Positions 17,711 through 26,996 of a DNA stretch of 64,000 nt are shown piece by piece. Made by a program: the position numbers and the translations under genes. The notes under the pieces were generated by a model. That model saw only the letters and a list, made by a program, of their open reading frames with translations, was not told the DNA's origin and made no database searches. Numbering within the stretch: position 1 is the first letter of the stretch; each line of letters starts with the position of its first letter. This DNA is from a bacterium (lineage in GTDB: Bacteria; JADJOY01): assembly GCA_046331705.1 (NCBI GenBank), contig JAXLQJ010000042.1, forward strand, positions 1 through 64,000, read 5' to 3'.

Positions 17711-19207
17711 ATGAAGGAATACGGTTTGTGGATCGACGGCGGCTTTCGCGAGGCCCACGGCGGACGCACGACCTCCACGTTCAATCCCGCCACCGAGGAA
17801 CCCTGGGCGAAGGTCGCGGTGGCGTCCGCGGACGACGTGGACGCGGCGGTCGCGGCCGCGAAGCGCGCCCATGCCTCGGGTGTGTGGCGCTCGAAGTCGC
17901 GCGAGGAGCGCGGCGCCATCCTGCAGGGGATCGCCACGGCGATCTTCGAGAAGCAAGACGAGCTCGCGCTCGCCGAGGTTCAGGATGGTGGCGGCACCAT
18001 CCGCAAGGCGACGATGGCGGACATCCCCGCCGCCGCGCAGGGCTTCCTCTATTACGGGCAGCTCGTCGCAGGCACCTCGAACGAGGAGGAGTTCGACGAG
18101 TCCATCCCCGTCACCAGCCGCAATCTGGTCCGCAAGGAGCCGATCGGCGTGGTGGCCGGCATCACGCCGTGGAATTTCCCGCTCATGACCGCCGCCTGGA
18201 AGATCGCGCCGGCGATCGCCGCCGGGAACACGATCGTGCTCAAGCCGGCCTCCAACACCCCGGTCACTGCGCTGATGCTGGCCGAGCTCTGCTCGCAGTG
18301 CGGTGTGCCCGATGGCGTGGTCAACGTCGTGAGCGGGCCCGGCGCCTCGATCGGCGAGCACCTCGCCGGCCATCCCGACGTGGGCAAGGTCTCGCTCACC
18401 GGCTCGACCGAGGTCGGCCGCCGCATCCTGGAGCTCGCGGCGCGCGACATCAAGAAGGTCACGCTCGAGCTGGGCGGGAAATCGGCCAACATCGTCCTCG
18501 AGGACGCCGACCTCGATTGCGCCGCGCGCGGCGCCCTGTTCGGGACCTTCCTGCACCAGGGCCAAGCCTGCGAATCGGGTACCCGTGTGCTGGTGCCGCG
18601 CTCGATCTACGATGCGTTCGTGGCCAGGATGGTCGAGCTGGCCGGCGAGCTCACCGTGGGCGACACGCTCGACCCGACCACCTGCATCGGACCGGTCATC
18701 AGCGAGAAGCAGCGCGCCACCGTGGAGCGATACGTCGAGATCGGCCGCGAGGAGGGCGCCCTAGTCGCCACCGGCGGACGTCGTCCCGCGCACCTCGTCA
18801 AGGGCTATTACTACGAGCCCACGATCCTCGCGAACGTGGACAACGACTGGAAGGTGGCGCAGGAAGAGATCTTCGGGCCGGTGGTGGTCGTGATCCCGTT
18901 CGACGACGACGCCCACGCCGTCCGCATCGCCAACCAGAGCTGCTACGGCCTCGCCGGCGCGGTGTGGTCGCGAAACGTGGAGCGGGCGCTCGCGATCGCA
19001 CGCGCGCTCGAGACCGGTACGGTCTGGATCAACGACTACCACCTGACGAACGTGCGGTTCCCGTTCGGTGGCTACAAGCGGTCCGGCATCGGTCGCGAGC
19101 TGGGCCCGATGGGTCTCGACATCTACCAGGAGACCAAGCACATCCACGTCGGCGAACCCACCGACGCGGCCACCAAGTTCTACTTCGGGATGCTCTTCAA
19201 CTCCTGA
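17711..19207 (+). CDS. NAD(P)-dependent aldehyde dehydrogenase
   Basis: ITPWNFP, LTGST, TLELGGKS, catalytic Cys in GQACESG, EEIFGPV and PFGGYK.SG.GRE. Confidence 0.95.
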   Translation: MKEYGLWIDGGFREAHGGRTTSTFNPATEEPWAKVAVASADDVDAAVAAAKRAHASGVWRSKSREERGAILQGIATAIFEKQDELALAEVQDGGGTIRKATMADIPAAAQGFLYYGQLVAGTSNEEEFDESIPVTSRNLVRKEPIGVVAGITPWNFPLMTAAWKIAPAIAAGNTIVLKPASNTPVTALMLAELCSQCGVPDGVVNVVSGPGASIGEHLAGHPDVGKVSLTGSTEVGRRILELAARDIKKVTLELGGKSANIVLEDADLDCAARGALFGTFLHQGQACESGTRVLVPRSIYDAFVARMVELAGELTVGDTLDPTTCIGPVISEKQRATVERYVEIGREEGALVATGGRRPAHLVKGYYYEPTILANVDNDWKVAQEEIFGPVVVVIPFDDDAHAVRIANQSCYGLAGAVWSRNVERALAIARALETGTVWINDYHLTNVRFPFGGYKRSGIGRELGPMGLDIYQETKHIHVGEPTDAATKFYFGMLFNS

Positions 19208-20158
19208 GCGCCGAGACGCCGAGGCGCCGCGTCAGCGGCCAGAGCGGTGTCCAAGCTCGGCGCGGGCGAGGCGCCAGCCCTTCCTGCGTCGGCGACGGAC
19301 GCGTCGCGCTTCGCCGCGAAGAGGCCGATGCTCTCGGCGATCCCATCCGCGGCGACGTCCAAGGGCCGCTTGTCCACGGCGCCCCATCGAGGGGGACTTC
19401 GGGTGCCGAGCGTCCGGATCCTCGCGTCCGCCCATGGCCATTAGTCCGCACGTGCGGATCGATTTTCGGTCGGCTTCATGACCTCGGTGTCGCGCGCCTC
19501 GCGTGGCTGGTACCAAGGGTCCGATCGCCATTCCCACCCTTCCCGGCCGCCACGACTTTTTCCGTACAAACGCCCTGCCGGTGCATGAAAGCACGGTGCG
19601 CTCGGAGGCAGCCTCGGCTGCAGAGGCGGCAAGGATTGCCGGGGGCTGGGCCAATGCGACTTCGCGCCGCGGATCCGGCCGCGCGCGTCACTCCCCTCCG
19701 AAGCAACCGCTCTACCTCATCTCGCGCCGTCTTCGTTACCTCCCGCTCACGGCTCGCCTGCGCGGCTCGTTGCGAGACGTCGTCCGAAGCCAGCGACGTC
19801 ACGTGAAGGTTGCTCCCTGACGTTCGAATGCAACCGGGGCGTGTCATCGAACGCGGTGGCGTTCCACCCGCGAGGCGCGCTCGGAGTTCGGCGCAACTCT
19901 TGCTCTGGCCCGCGTTGACCTGATCGACCGTTCCGGCCGACAGCGGGGGGGCCAGTCCGACTCGACGGTGATTCGAGTGCGCGCGTGCATCGGGGGCACG
20001 GGCCACGAGAAGCATCCTCGTCGGTGCAGCGATCGATCGCGTCTCGATCGCGTCGCGCGAGTCGGCTCGAACGAACCTCGCACGTCGGCTCGAACCTGCA
20101 CATCCAAGCGTGAGCAAACGAGCCAGGCGGACTGAGCTCCGCGGCGCGGAGGACAACG

Positions 20159-21913
20159 ATGAATGCGTTTCGCAATCTGAAGACCGGGGTGAAGCTCACG
20201 CTGGGGTTCTTGCTGATGATCGGGTGCACGGCGGCGATCGGCACCCTTTCGTACTTCACCAGCGAAGGGGTCCAGGCCAAGATCGACGTCCTCTACAACC
20301 GACACGCGCTCGGCGCGCTCGAGCTCAAGGAAGCCGACCTCGACGCCATCAAGATCAGCCGCGCCGTGCGCAACGCGATCCTCGACGACACGCCGGAGGA
20401 AGTGGACAAGCGCATCGCCGACGTCAAGAAATATGCACAGAGCTTCGACGAGAACTTCAGTGCGTACAGCGGCAAGATCGTGCGCGCCGAGGACAAGGCG
20501 AAAGCCGAGCAGGCGCTCAAGATCTGGAACGAAGAGGTTCGGCCCGCCCAGGACCGGATGCTCGCCCTCGCGCGCGAGGGAAAGGACGACGAAGCGAAGG
20601 GCATGCGCGTGACCGCACGCGCCAAGCTCAACGAGTTCGAGACGCTGACCAATGAGCTCGAGGCTTCGAAGCGCAAGCTCATGGACGAGGCGATGACCAC
20701 CACCGAGGCCGAGATCGAGGCGAGCCAGCGCAACCAGCTGATCCTGGTGGTGAGCGCGACCCTCCTCGGGCTGCTGGCGGCGATCGTGATCACGCGTTCG
20801 ATCACCGCGCCGCTCATCCGCAGCGTCGACGTCCTCAAGCTGGTGGCCAACGGTGACCTCACCGCGAAGCTCGAGCTCGACACCAAGGACGAGATCGGCG
20901 TGATGGGAGCCGCGCTCGACGAGGCCGTCGGCAAGATGCGCGACGCGCTCACCGACGTTCGCTCCACCGCCGACTGCGTCGCCAGCGGGGCCCAGGAGCT
21001 CTCGGCGGCGTCGGAGGAGATCTCGAGCGGCGCTCAGGAGCAGGCGTCGAGCCTGGAGGAGACGGCGTCCAGCCTGGAGCAGATCACCAGCGCGGTGAAG
21101 CAGAACGCGGAAAACGCGGACCGCGCCCGCCAGCTATCGACCAACGCGCGCGAGGTCGCCGAACGCGGCGGCAAGGTCACCCGGGACGCGGTCGGCGCGA
21201 TGGGCGAGATCTGCACCGCGTCGAACAAGATCGGCGAGATCATCACCACCATCGACGAGATCGCCTTCCAGACCAATCTTCTGGCCCTCAACGCGGCGGT
21301 CGAGGCCGCGCGCGCCGGTGACCAGGGCCGCGGCTTCGCGGTGGTGGCCGAGGAGGTCCGTCGCCTCGCCCAGCGCAGCGCGGAGGCCGCGAAGGAGACC
21401 AAGTCGCTCATCCAGGATTCGCTGGGCAAGGTCGAGGTCGGCGTGAGCTCGGTGAACGAGGTGGGGCGCACGCTCGACGAGATCGTCACCGCGGTGACGC
21501 GAGTGAATGACATCGTGAGCGAGATCGCCGCCGCTTCCGGCGAGCAGTCGAGCGGCATCGAGCAGGTGAACGTCGCCGTCACGCAGCTCGACCGCGTCAC
21601 CCAGTCGAACGCCGCGCAGACCGAAGAGCTCTCCAGCACGTCGGAGACGATGGCGAGCCAGGCCGATCAGCTGCAGTCCTTGGTCGGCAAGTTCCGCGTC
21701 AACACCGGCGATTCGGATTCGGTCTCCGCCTCGCACCCCGTCAGGACGCCCAAGGCAGCACCGGTGGTGCCGCTCAAGAAGCCCGCGCGCAAGCGCCCAG
21801 CCGCGCCGACGTACGCGGCGGCCTCCGAGGCCTCGACGCCGAACGAGGCACCCATCGCGATGGCGGCGGCGTCCGGCAACGGCCACGACCCCGGCGGCTT
21901 CAACGAGTTCTGA
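20159..21913 (+). CDS. methyl-accepting chemotaxis protein (4HB sensor, HAMP, MCP signal domain)
   Basis: Two TMs flanking a helical sensor, HAMP (GDLT..DEIG), [29 protein letters not shown]-terminal GFNEF pentapeptide. GGAGG SD. Confidence 0.95.
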   Translation: MNAFRNLKTGVKLTLGFLLMIGCTAAIGTLSYFTSEGVQAKIDVLYNRHALGALELKEADLDAIKISRAVRNAILDDTPEEVDKRIADVKKYAQSFDENFSAYSGKIVRAEDKAKAEQALKIWNEEVRPAQDRMLALAREGKDDEAKGMRVTARAKLNEFETLTNELEASKRKLMDEAMTTTEAEIEASQRNQLILVVSATLLGLLAAIVITRSITAPLIRSVDVLKLVANGDLTAKLELDTKDEIGVMGAALDEAVGKMRDALTDVRSTADCVASGAQELSAASEEISSGAQEQASSLEETASSLEQITSAVKQNAENADRARQLSTNAREVAERGGKVTRDAVGAMGEICTASNKIGEIITTIDEIAFQTNLLALNAAVEAARAGDQGRGFAVVAEEVRRLAQRSAEAAKETKSLIQDSLGKVEVGVSSVNEVGRTLDEIVTAVTRVNDIVSEIAAASGEQSSGIEQVNVAVTQLDRVTQSNAAQTEELSSTSETMASQADQLQSLVGKFRVNTGDSDSVSASHPVRTPKAAPVVPLKKPARKRPAAPTYAAASEASTPNEAPIAMAAASGNGHDPGGFNEF

Positions 21914-22021
21914 CCCCGCGCCGCGCTGCCACGATCCGCGGACCGGCGACACCGGCCCGCGAGCTTCCGATGACGCCCCACGCGCGAGAGCTGCGTGGGG
22001 CGTCGTTGCGTCCCGCGCGGG

Positions 22022-23134
22022 TCACGCGGCGCGGGCGCGAGGAACGGGACCGCGACTTCGCCGTCGCGCCCGTCCGGGCTCGGGCCGAGCCGCTTCGCCG
22101 TTCGCGGCCGCGCGCAGCGGCACGATGCCGCGCACGAAGCGGTTCATCTCGAACCACACCGGCACCATGTTGGCGACGATGGTCATGTGCGCACCCGGGA
22201 TCCAGTGGATCCGGGGCTTGCCCCACTTCTCCCAGGTCTCGAGGAGTGGATCGGGCTGCAAGAAGAGGTCGTCCACCGCAGCGACGATCAGCATGCGCTC
22301 GCGCTCCATCCGCAGCGGGTAGTTCCCCAGCCCGATCTCGTCCAGGATCTTCCCCACCTTCTCGAGCGTGAGGTTCGAGCGCGTCAGGTCGCGGCGCATG
22401 GCGCCCAGGATCGGCGCGTTCTCGAGTGCCGCCTTCAGGTTGATGTCCGCCACCAGCGGGCAGGCCCAGTCGAGATCGCTCTCGGCGCACGCGGTGAGCA
22501 TGGTCACGACCCCGCCCAGGCTGACCCCGCTCACGCCCACGCGCTCGTAGCCTTGGTCGCGCGCCCAACGCACCAGCGTGCGCACGTCCATGACCGACTG
22601 ACGCACCGCTTCGATCGTGCGCACCAGATCGGCCGACCAGTAGAAGGACCCGTGGACGATCGACGAACGCGGCTTCCGCCGGGCGTGAAACGGCAGGTCG
22701 AGGTGGACGATGTCGGCGCCGAAGAGCTTCGTGGCCCACGGCATCAACACCAGCTCTTCGGCCAGGGCACCCGGCTGCATCCAACCGTGGACGTAGATGA
22801 GCAGATCCTTGTTGCGCCGGAAGTGAGGCGTGATGCGCCGCGCCCACAGGGTCTTGTTGCGCGCGTACTCGGTGTCGTGGCGCTCCTGGTACGCGGGATG
22901 GATCGCGCGATGGGCGCTCTCGCCCACCAGCGTCTGGCGCCGGTAGGTGAGCTGTCGCACCGTGCGTCGCTCTTCGAGCGCCGGATGGGCCGGCGGGTCG
23001 GGGAACATCACCTCCCGCGGCAGGTGATAGTAGGCCTCGATCTGCGACAAGGTGTCGGGATGAGGCACCGACGGTAGGTGCGCGTAGAGCGAGAAGAAGC
23101 CGACGAGGTGGTCGAGCATGCGGGCGACACCCAT
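22022..23134 (-). CDS. alpha/beta hydrolase (ABHD18/Rv2627c-like)
   Basis: VHGW, LPFH..RKP, nucleophile elbow GVSLGG, and D...GAH triad. AAGGAG SD before the ATG at 23134. Confidence 0.85.
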   Translation of the reverse strand: MGVARMLDHLVGFFSLYAHLPSVPHPDTLSQIEAYYHLPREVMFPDPPAHPALEERRTVRQLTYRRQTLVGESAHRAIHPAYQERHDTEYARNKTLWARRITPHFRRNKDLLIYVHGWMQPGALAEELVLMPWATKLFGADIVHLDLPFHARRKPRSSIVHGSFYWSADLVRTIEAVRQSVMDVRTLVRWARDQGYERVGVSGVSLGGVVTMLTACAESDLDWACPLVADINLKAALENAPILGAMRRDLTRSNLTLEKVGKILDEIGLGNYPLRMERERMLIVAAVDDLFLQPDPLLETWEKWGKPRIHWIPGAHMTIVANMVPVWFEMNRFVRGIVPLRAAANGEAARPEPGRARRRSRGPVPRARAA

Positions 23135-23195
23135 GGGTGACTCCTTGCCGGCGGCCGAGGGTCCGAGCGAGCCGCCGGGGCAACCGAGATGATTC

Positions 23196-23210
23196 GCAAT
23201 TCCCACGCCG
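23196..23210 (-). promoter_or_regulatory. putative sigma54 (-24/-12) promoter CGGCGTGGGAATTGC
   Basis: GG-N10-GC with TTGC, about 60 nt upstream of the hydrolase start. Confidence 0.4.
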
Positions 23211-23230
23211 TGGCAAGCTCCACGCCGGGC

Positions 23231-23246
23231 AGGCACTCGGTATGCA
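23231..23246 (+). promoter_or_regulatory. putative sigma54 (-24/-12) promoter AGGCACTCGGTATGCA
   Basis: GGCAC..TGCA with exact GG-N10-GC spacing, about 75 nt upstream of the small helical gene. Confidence 0.45.
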
Positions 23247-23322
23247 CGCTCTCGGGGCGGGCGGACTCGATCGCCGCTCGTCTCGAGCGCTGGTGCATGG
23301 GGCCGCCCCAGAGGAGGTCGCC

Positions 23323-23628
23323 ATGGCAACCACGCACAAGACGCTTCCCGAGCTCGTTCGCGAGGCGATCGACAAGGGCGCCAAGTCCGCCGAGGACGTT
23401 CACAAGGCGATTCTGCACGCGCCGCTCGATGCGCTCGCAGAGGTCGAGTGCCTGAAGACGCCGATGCAGGAGATCAAGCGCGTCGAGGACGTCTCGATCG
23501 GTGCGATCTACGACTTGGTTCGGAAGATCAACCACGAGGTGACCAAGCTCGCCGACGACATGCTGCCCGAGCCGCCGCCGCGGCCGAGAGCCAAACCGAA
23601 ACGGCCAGCCCGGGCCCGCGCCCATTGA
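23323..23628 (+). CDS. small amphipathic helical hypothetical protein
   Basis: Strong GAGGAGG SD. 101 aa with EAIDKGA...EDVHKAI and IYDLVRKIN. Basic, Pro-rich tail. Confidence 0.8.
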   Translation: MATTHKTLPELVREAIDKGAKSAEDVHKAILHAPLDALAEVECLKTPMQEIKRVEDVSIGAIYDLVRKINHEVTKLADDMLPEPPPRPRAKPKRPARARAH

Positions 23629-23712
23629 CGGAACCGAGGCGTAACCGCCGCGCGCTCGCTCGCGGCGCATCCAACGTCGCCAGCGAGCGCGTGTGGACGA
23701 CGAGCCGGGTCG

Positions 23713-25089
23713 TCACGAATCGATCAGGAGCGCCCCGAGCGCGCTCAGATCGTCGAAGAACGTGGGATAGCTCTTGAGCACGGACTCGGCGCCTTCGATC
23801 TCGACGCCGCCCGCGGGCAGACCCGCCACCGCCAGGCTCATCGCCATGCGGTGATCGTTCCACGAATCGACCACGCCACCGGTGAGCGCGCTGCCCTCGA
23901 TGACGATCGAGTCGTCGTTCGCCGTCAGCCGCCCTCCCAGCTTGCCGAGCTCGGTCACGGGTGCCGCGATCCGGTCGCTCTCCTTGTTGCGCAGATGAAG
24001 CAGGTTCGCGAGCACCGTGCGCCCGGTGGCATGGCAGCCGAGCGCCGCCAGGATCGGCACCAGGTCCGGCGTCGCCGCGCAGTCGATCTCGATTCCGCGC
24101 AAGCGGGCCGGCCCACGCACGCGAAAACCGTCGCCGTCGCGCTCGATGGCGGCTCCCATGTCGCGCAAGATCGTGACGATCTTGCGATCCCCCTGCTGAT
24201 CGTCTCGCAGCCCGCGGACCCACACGTCGGACGGCACCAGGCACGCTGCCGCGAGCAGAAAAGCGGCCGAGGAATAATCGCCGGGCACGCGGTAGCTCGA
24301 CGAGCGAAGTCGGTAGCGCTGATCGCTCGGCACGCGCCAGTGGGCCGCGGAGAGCGTCTCCACCGCGATGCCGCCCCACTCGAGCACCTCGATGGTCATG
24401 TCCACGTACGGCCCGGAGACCGGCGTTCCGTCGATCACGATCTCGCTCGCGGTTCGCCCCTCGCCTTCGCCGGAGGCCGCCGTGGCGAGCGGCAGCCACA
24501 GCAAGAGACCCGACACGGCCTGCGAGCTCTTACCGCCCGGCACGTGCGCGACGCCGGGCACGATGCGACCGGTGCCGTGAACCGTCACGGGCGCCCGATG
24601 GGTCTCGCCCTGCCCCGTGACGTCGATACCGAGATCGCGCAGCGGCCTCACGATCACGTCGTTGGCCCGGCGGTTGAACGAGTCGTTGCCCGCGAGCGTG
24701 AAGGTGCCCTCGGCGAGGGCCAGCCCCGGCAGCACGAAGCGAAAGAGCGTCCCCGCCTCGTGGACGTAGAGGTCGGGATCGCGCGGCCGCGGGCGGCCGT
24801 CGAAGCCGAAGACGTGCGCCTGTCTGCGCTCGGCGTCGTAGGTGACGGTGGCGCCGAGGGCCTCCCACACGGCAGCGGTCGCGGCGGTATCGGCGCTCAA
24901 GAGCGGCGCGTCGACGATCCCGCCGGTCGCCAGCCCGGCGACCATCAGGGCCCGATGGGTATACGACTTGGACGGCGGCGCCTGCAGCTCGCCGCGAAGC
25001 TCGGCGCCGGCCTCGACGCAGACGCGCCGCGAAGCTCGCCCGGCGAGCTCCGTGTACACGTCCTGAAAACGCGGGAACGGATTCGGCAT
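23713..25089 (-). CDS. aroA: 3-phosphoshikimate 1-carboxyvinyltransferase (EPSP synthase)
   Basis: PPSKSYTHRA, SSQ, PGDYSSAAF, LRNKESDR and DHRMAM motifs. Confidence 0.93.
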   Translation of the reverse strand: MPNPFPRFQDVYTELAGRASRRVCVEAGAELRGELQAPPSKSYTHRALMVAGLATGGIVDAPLLSADTAATAAVWEALGATVTYDAERRQAHVFGFDGRPRPRDPDLYVHEAGTLFRFVLPGLALAEGTFTLAGNDSFNRRANDVIVRPLRDLGIDVTGQGETHRAPVTVHGTGRIVPGVAHVPGGKSSQAVSGLLLWLPLATAASGEGEGRTASEIVIDGTPVSGPYVDMTIEVLEWGGIAVETLSAAHWRVPSDQRYRLRSSSYRVPGDYSSAAFLLAAACLVPSDVWVRGLRDDQQGDRKIVTILRDMGAAIERDGDGFRVRGPARLRGIEIDCAATPDLVPILAALGCHATGRTVLANLLHLRNKESDRIAAPVTELGKLGGRLTANDDSIVIEGSALTGGVVDSWNDHRMAMSLAVAGLPAGGVEIEGAESVLKSYPTFFDDLSALGALLIDS

Positions 25090-25160
25090 CGCGCCGCGAT
25101 TCTAGCAGCGCGATCGCCGCCGGGGACGGGGCTCAGCCGCCGTCCCCGCGGCGCCAGCGA

Positions 25161-26147
25161 TCACGACGCCAGCGCCCACGCCTCTTCGTCGAAGGACTCG
25201 GAATAGAACTGGCGGTACCACTTTCGCCACAGCGGCACCGGCCCGTCGAAATCGCTGAGCGGCGGGCGCGCGACGTACTTCTTGGTCTCCCAGATCGGGA
25301 TGTCGTCCTGATACTGCTCGTTCAGGAAGTTCTTGTAGATCTCGGTGATCATCCGATCGGCTTCGGGATCGTCCTGCTTCCTGAGGGTGAAGTTCACCCA
25401 CGCGTCCACCGACTCCTCGTCCACGGGAGTCTGGGTGATGAACGAAACGGTCTCGACGGGGTCGACGAGCACCGTGAGGATCGCCACGCCGGGGCCATGG
25501 GTGCGGGTGGAGACGGGCACCTCGAAGCCGGCCATCGCCCCCTTCGCCATCTTCATGTGCTGCTCGGCGCAGAACACGTGGCCCTCGGTCCAGGCCTTGT
25601 ACTCGTCGTGCTCCGGGTGATCCATCTCGTGCAGGCCCGTGAAATGGGCAACGTCCGTCACGTTCTCGCCGATCTCCTGGCAATGCGTGCGGATCCGGTA
25701 TTTCTGCACCTCCCAGTCCATGTAGGCGGGAGTGCCGACCTTGCCGAGCTCGGGAATGCTCCACGACGGCGCCTCGCCCTTGGCGTGGTGCCACACGAAC
25801 ACGATCCCGTTGCGCTCCTCCACCGGCCAGCATCCGACCCGCACCGCCGGCGCGCGCTTGGCGTCCGGCACGTGCACCAGCGAGCCGTCGCCGCCCCATT
25901 GCCACTTGTGGAAGCGGCACTGCAGCGTGTTCTCGACGACCTTGCCGAGCCCGAGATGCGCGCCGAGGTGCGGGCAATAGGCATCGACCACGTGCGCTCG
26001 CCCGTCCTGACCGCGAAACAGCACCAGCTCGCGGCCGAAGTACTTGAGCGTCTTGAGCTCGCCGGGCGCGATCTCGCTCGAGACCGCCACCTGGAACCAG
26101 CCGTTCGGGTATGGGGGCATCGGATATCGGGACTTCATCGGCACCAT
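25161..26147 (-). CDS. second Rieske 2Fe-2S sterol oxygenase (KshA/Neverland family)
   Basis: PPYPNGWF, CPHLGAH, CRFH, ENVTDVAHFTGLH and DD..IWETK..PPL..DGP...WRKW..QFY. GGAGG SD. Confidence 0.9.
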   Translation of the reverse strand: MVPMKSRYPMPPYPNGWFQVAVSSEIAPGELKTLKYFGRELVLFRGQDGRAHVVDAYCPHLGAHLGLGKVVENTLQCRFHKWQWGGDGSLVHVPDAKRAPAVRVGCWPVEERNGIVFVWHHAKGEAPSWSIPELGKVGTPAYMDWEVQKYRIRTHCQEIGENVTDVAHFTGLHEMDHPEHDEYKAWTEGHVFCAEQHMKMAKGAMAGFEVPVSTRTHGPGVAILTVLVDPVETVSFITQTPVDEESVDAWVNFTLRKQDDPEADRMITEIYKNFLNEQYQDDIPIWETKKYVARPPLSDFDGPVPLWRKWYRQFYSESFDEEAWALAS

Positions 26148-26189
26148 CCTCCGTTGCGGGTTGAACCGTGTTCGAGAACCGCGCTGCGC

Positions 26190-26810
26190 TCAGCGGCGAG
26201 CCGCACGCGCGCGGCTCGCCGCGGGCACGTCGCCGCGAATGAGCTCACGCAGCGCGCCGACGGGGTGCGCGAGGCTCGCCTTGTCGAGCCCCAGGAATGC
26301 GTCCACGAGATCGCGCACCTCGTCGAGAAAACCGCTCACCACGTCGATCTTGGCCAGGATCGCCTCGATCTCGCGACGCCGCTCGCCGCGCGCCTCGGCG
26401 AGGGCATCCTCGGCCACGCCGCGGATCTCGTGAATCCCCTCGATCTGCGGCAGCAGCTCGCGATCGCGCCGCACGCGAGTGGTGGAACGAAGCCACGCCC
26501 ACGGCTCCGCCACCGCCACGTAGAACGCCTTGCGCTCGCCGCGCACGTGGATGCGGCGCACGGGCCCGTAGTTGAGCAGCTCGCGCAAGCTGGTCGAGCA
26601 GTTGCCGTGACTGATCGCGAGGCGCTCGCCGATCTCCTCGCTCGAGAGCGGGCGCGCCGAGAGATAGAGCAGCGCATGGATGCGCCCCATCGAGCGCGTC
26701 GTCCCCCAGATCGCCGAGAGCTCGCCGAGCCGCTCGATGAAGCCATCCTCGAGCGCGCGCAGCGCGTTGGTGTCGTCGCCCGGCGGGTTGGAGGCGTTGG
26801 AACGGCTCAT
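26190..26810 (-). CDS. GbsR/MarR-family transcriptional regulator
   Basis: WG..RSMGRIHALLYLS.RPL...EI.E.L.IS.GN.S.SLREL wHTH and GERK.FY wing. Confidence 0.88.
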   Translation of the reverse strand: MSRSNASNPPGDDTNALRALEDGFIERLGELSAIWGTTRSMGRIHALLYLSARPLSSEEIGERLAISHGNCSTSLRELLNYGPVRRIHVRGERKAFYVAVAEPWAWLRSTTRVRRDRELLPQIEGIHEIRGVAEDALAEARGERRREIEAILAKIDVVSGFLDEVRDLVDAFLGLDKASLAHPVGALRELIRGDVPAASRARAARR

Positions 26811-26854
26811 GAGCGTTGGTCGGCGCGGCGGGTCACTGGTATGCGCATCACTCG

Positions 26855-26872
26855 TGTCAGTCATTTCTGACA
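26855..26872. promoter_or_regulatory. palindrome TGTCAG-N6-CTGACA, probable GbsR-family autoregulatory operator
   Basis: Perfect 6-bp inverted repeat in an AT-richer patch about 45 nt upstream of the regulator. Confidence 0.6.
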
Positions 26873-26996
26873 TTCGTGATCTAGCGCACAGACGCGCGGT
26901 GGTCAAATCCCTCACCCACGCCTCGCCGTCGGTCACGCGCCGAGGCGTGGCCCGGGCGTGCGCGGCGCGATCGCGGCGATCGCCGCCCGGCGCGGC

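Noticed and set aside
19540-19650. Cyclic-dinucleotide riboswitch upstream of the MCP
   Set aside because: Only a short GTGC-atgaaa-GCAC hairpin is visible. I could not identify the GEMM consensus by eye.
23211-23225. Third GG-N10-GC element TGGCAAGCTCCACGC
   Set aside because: It lacks the T-rich -12 context, and bare GG-N10-GC is frequent at this GC content.
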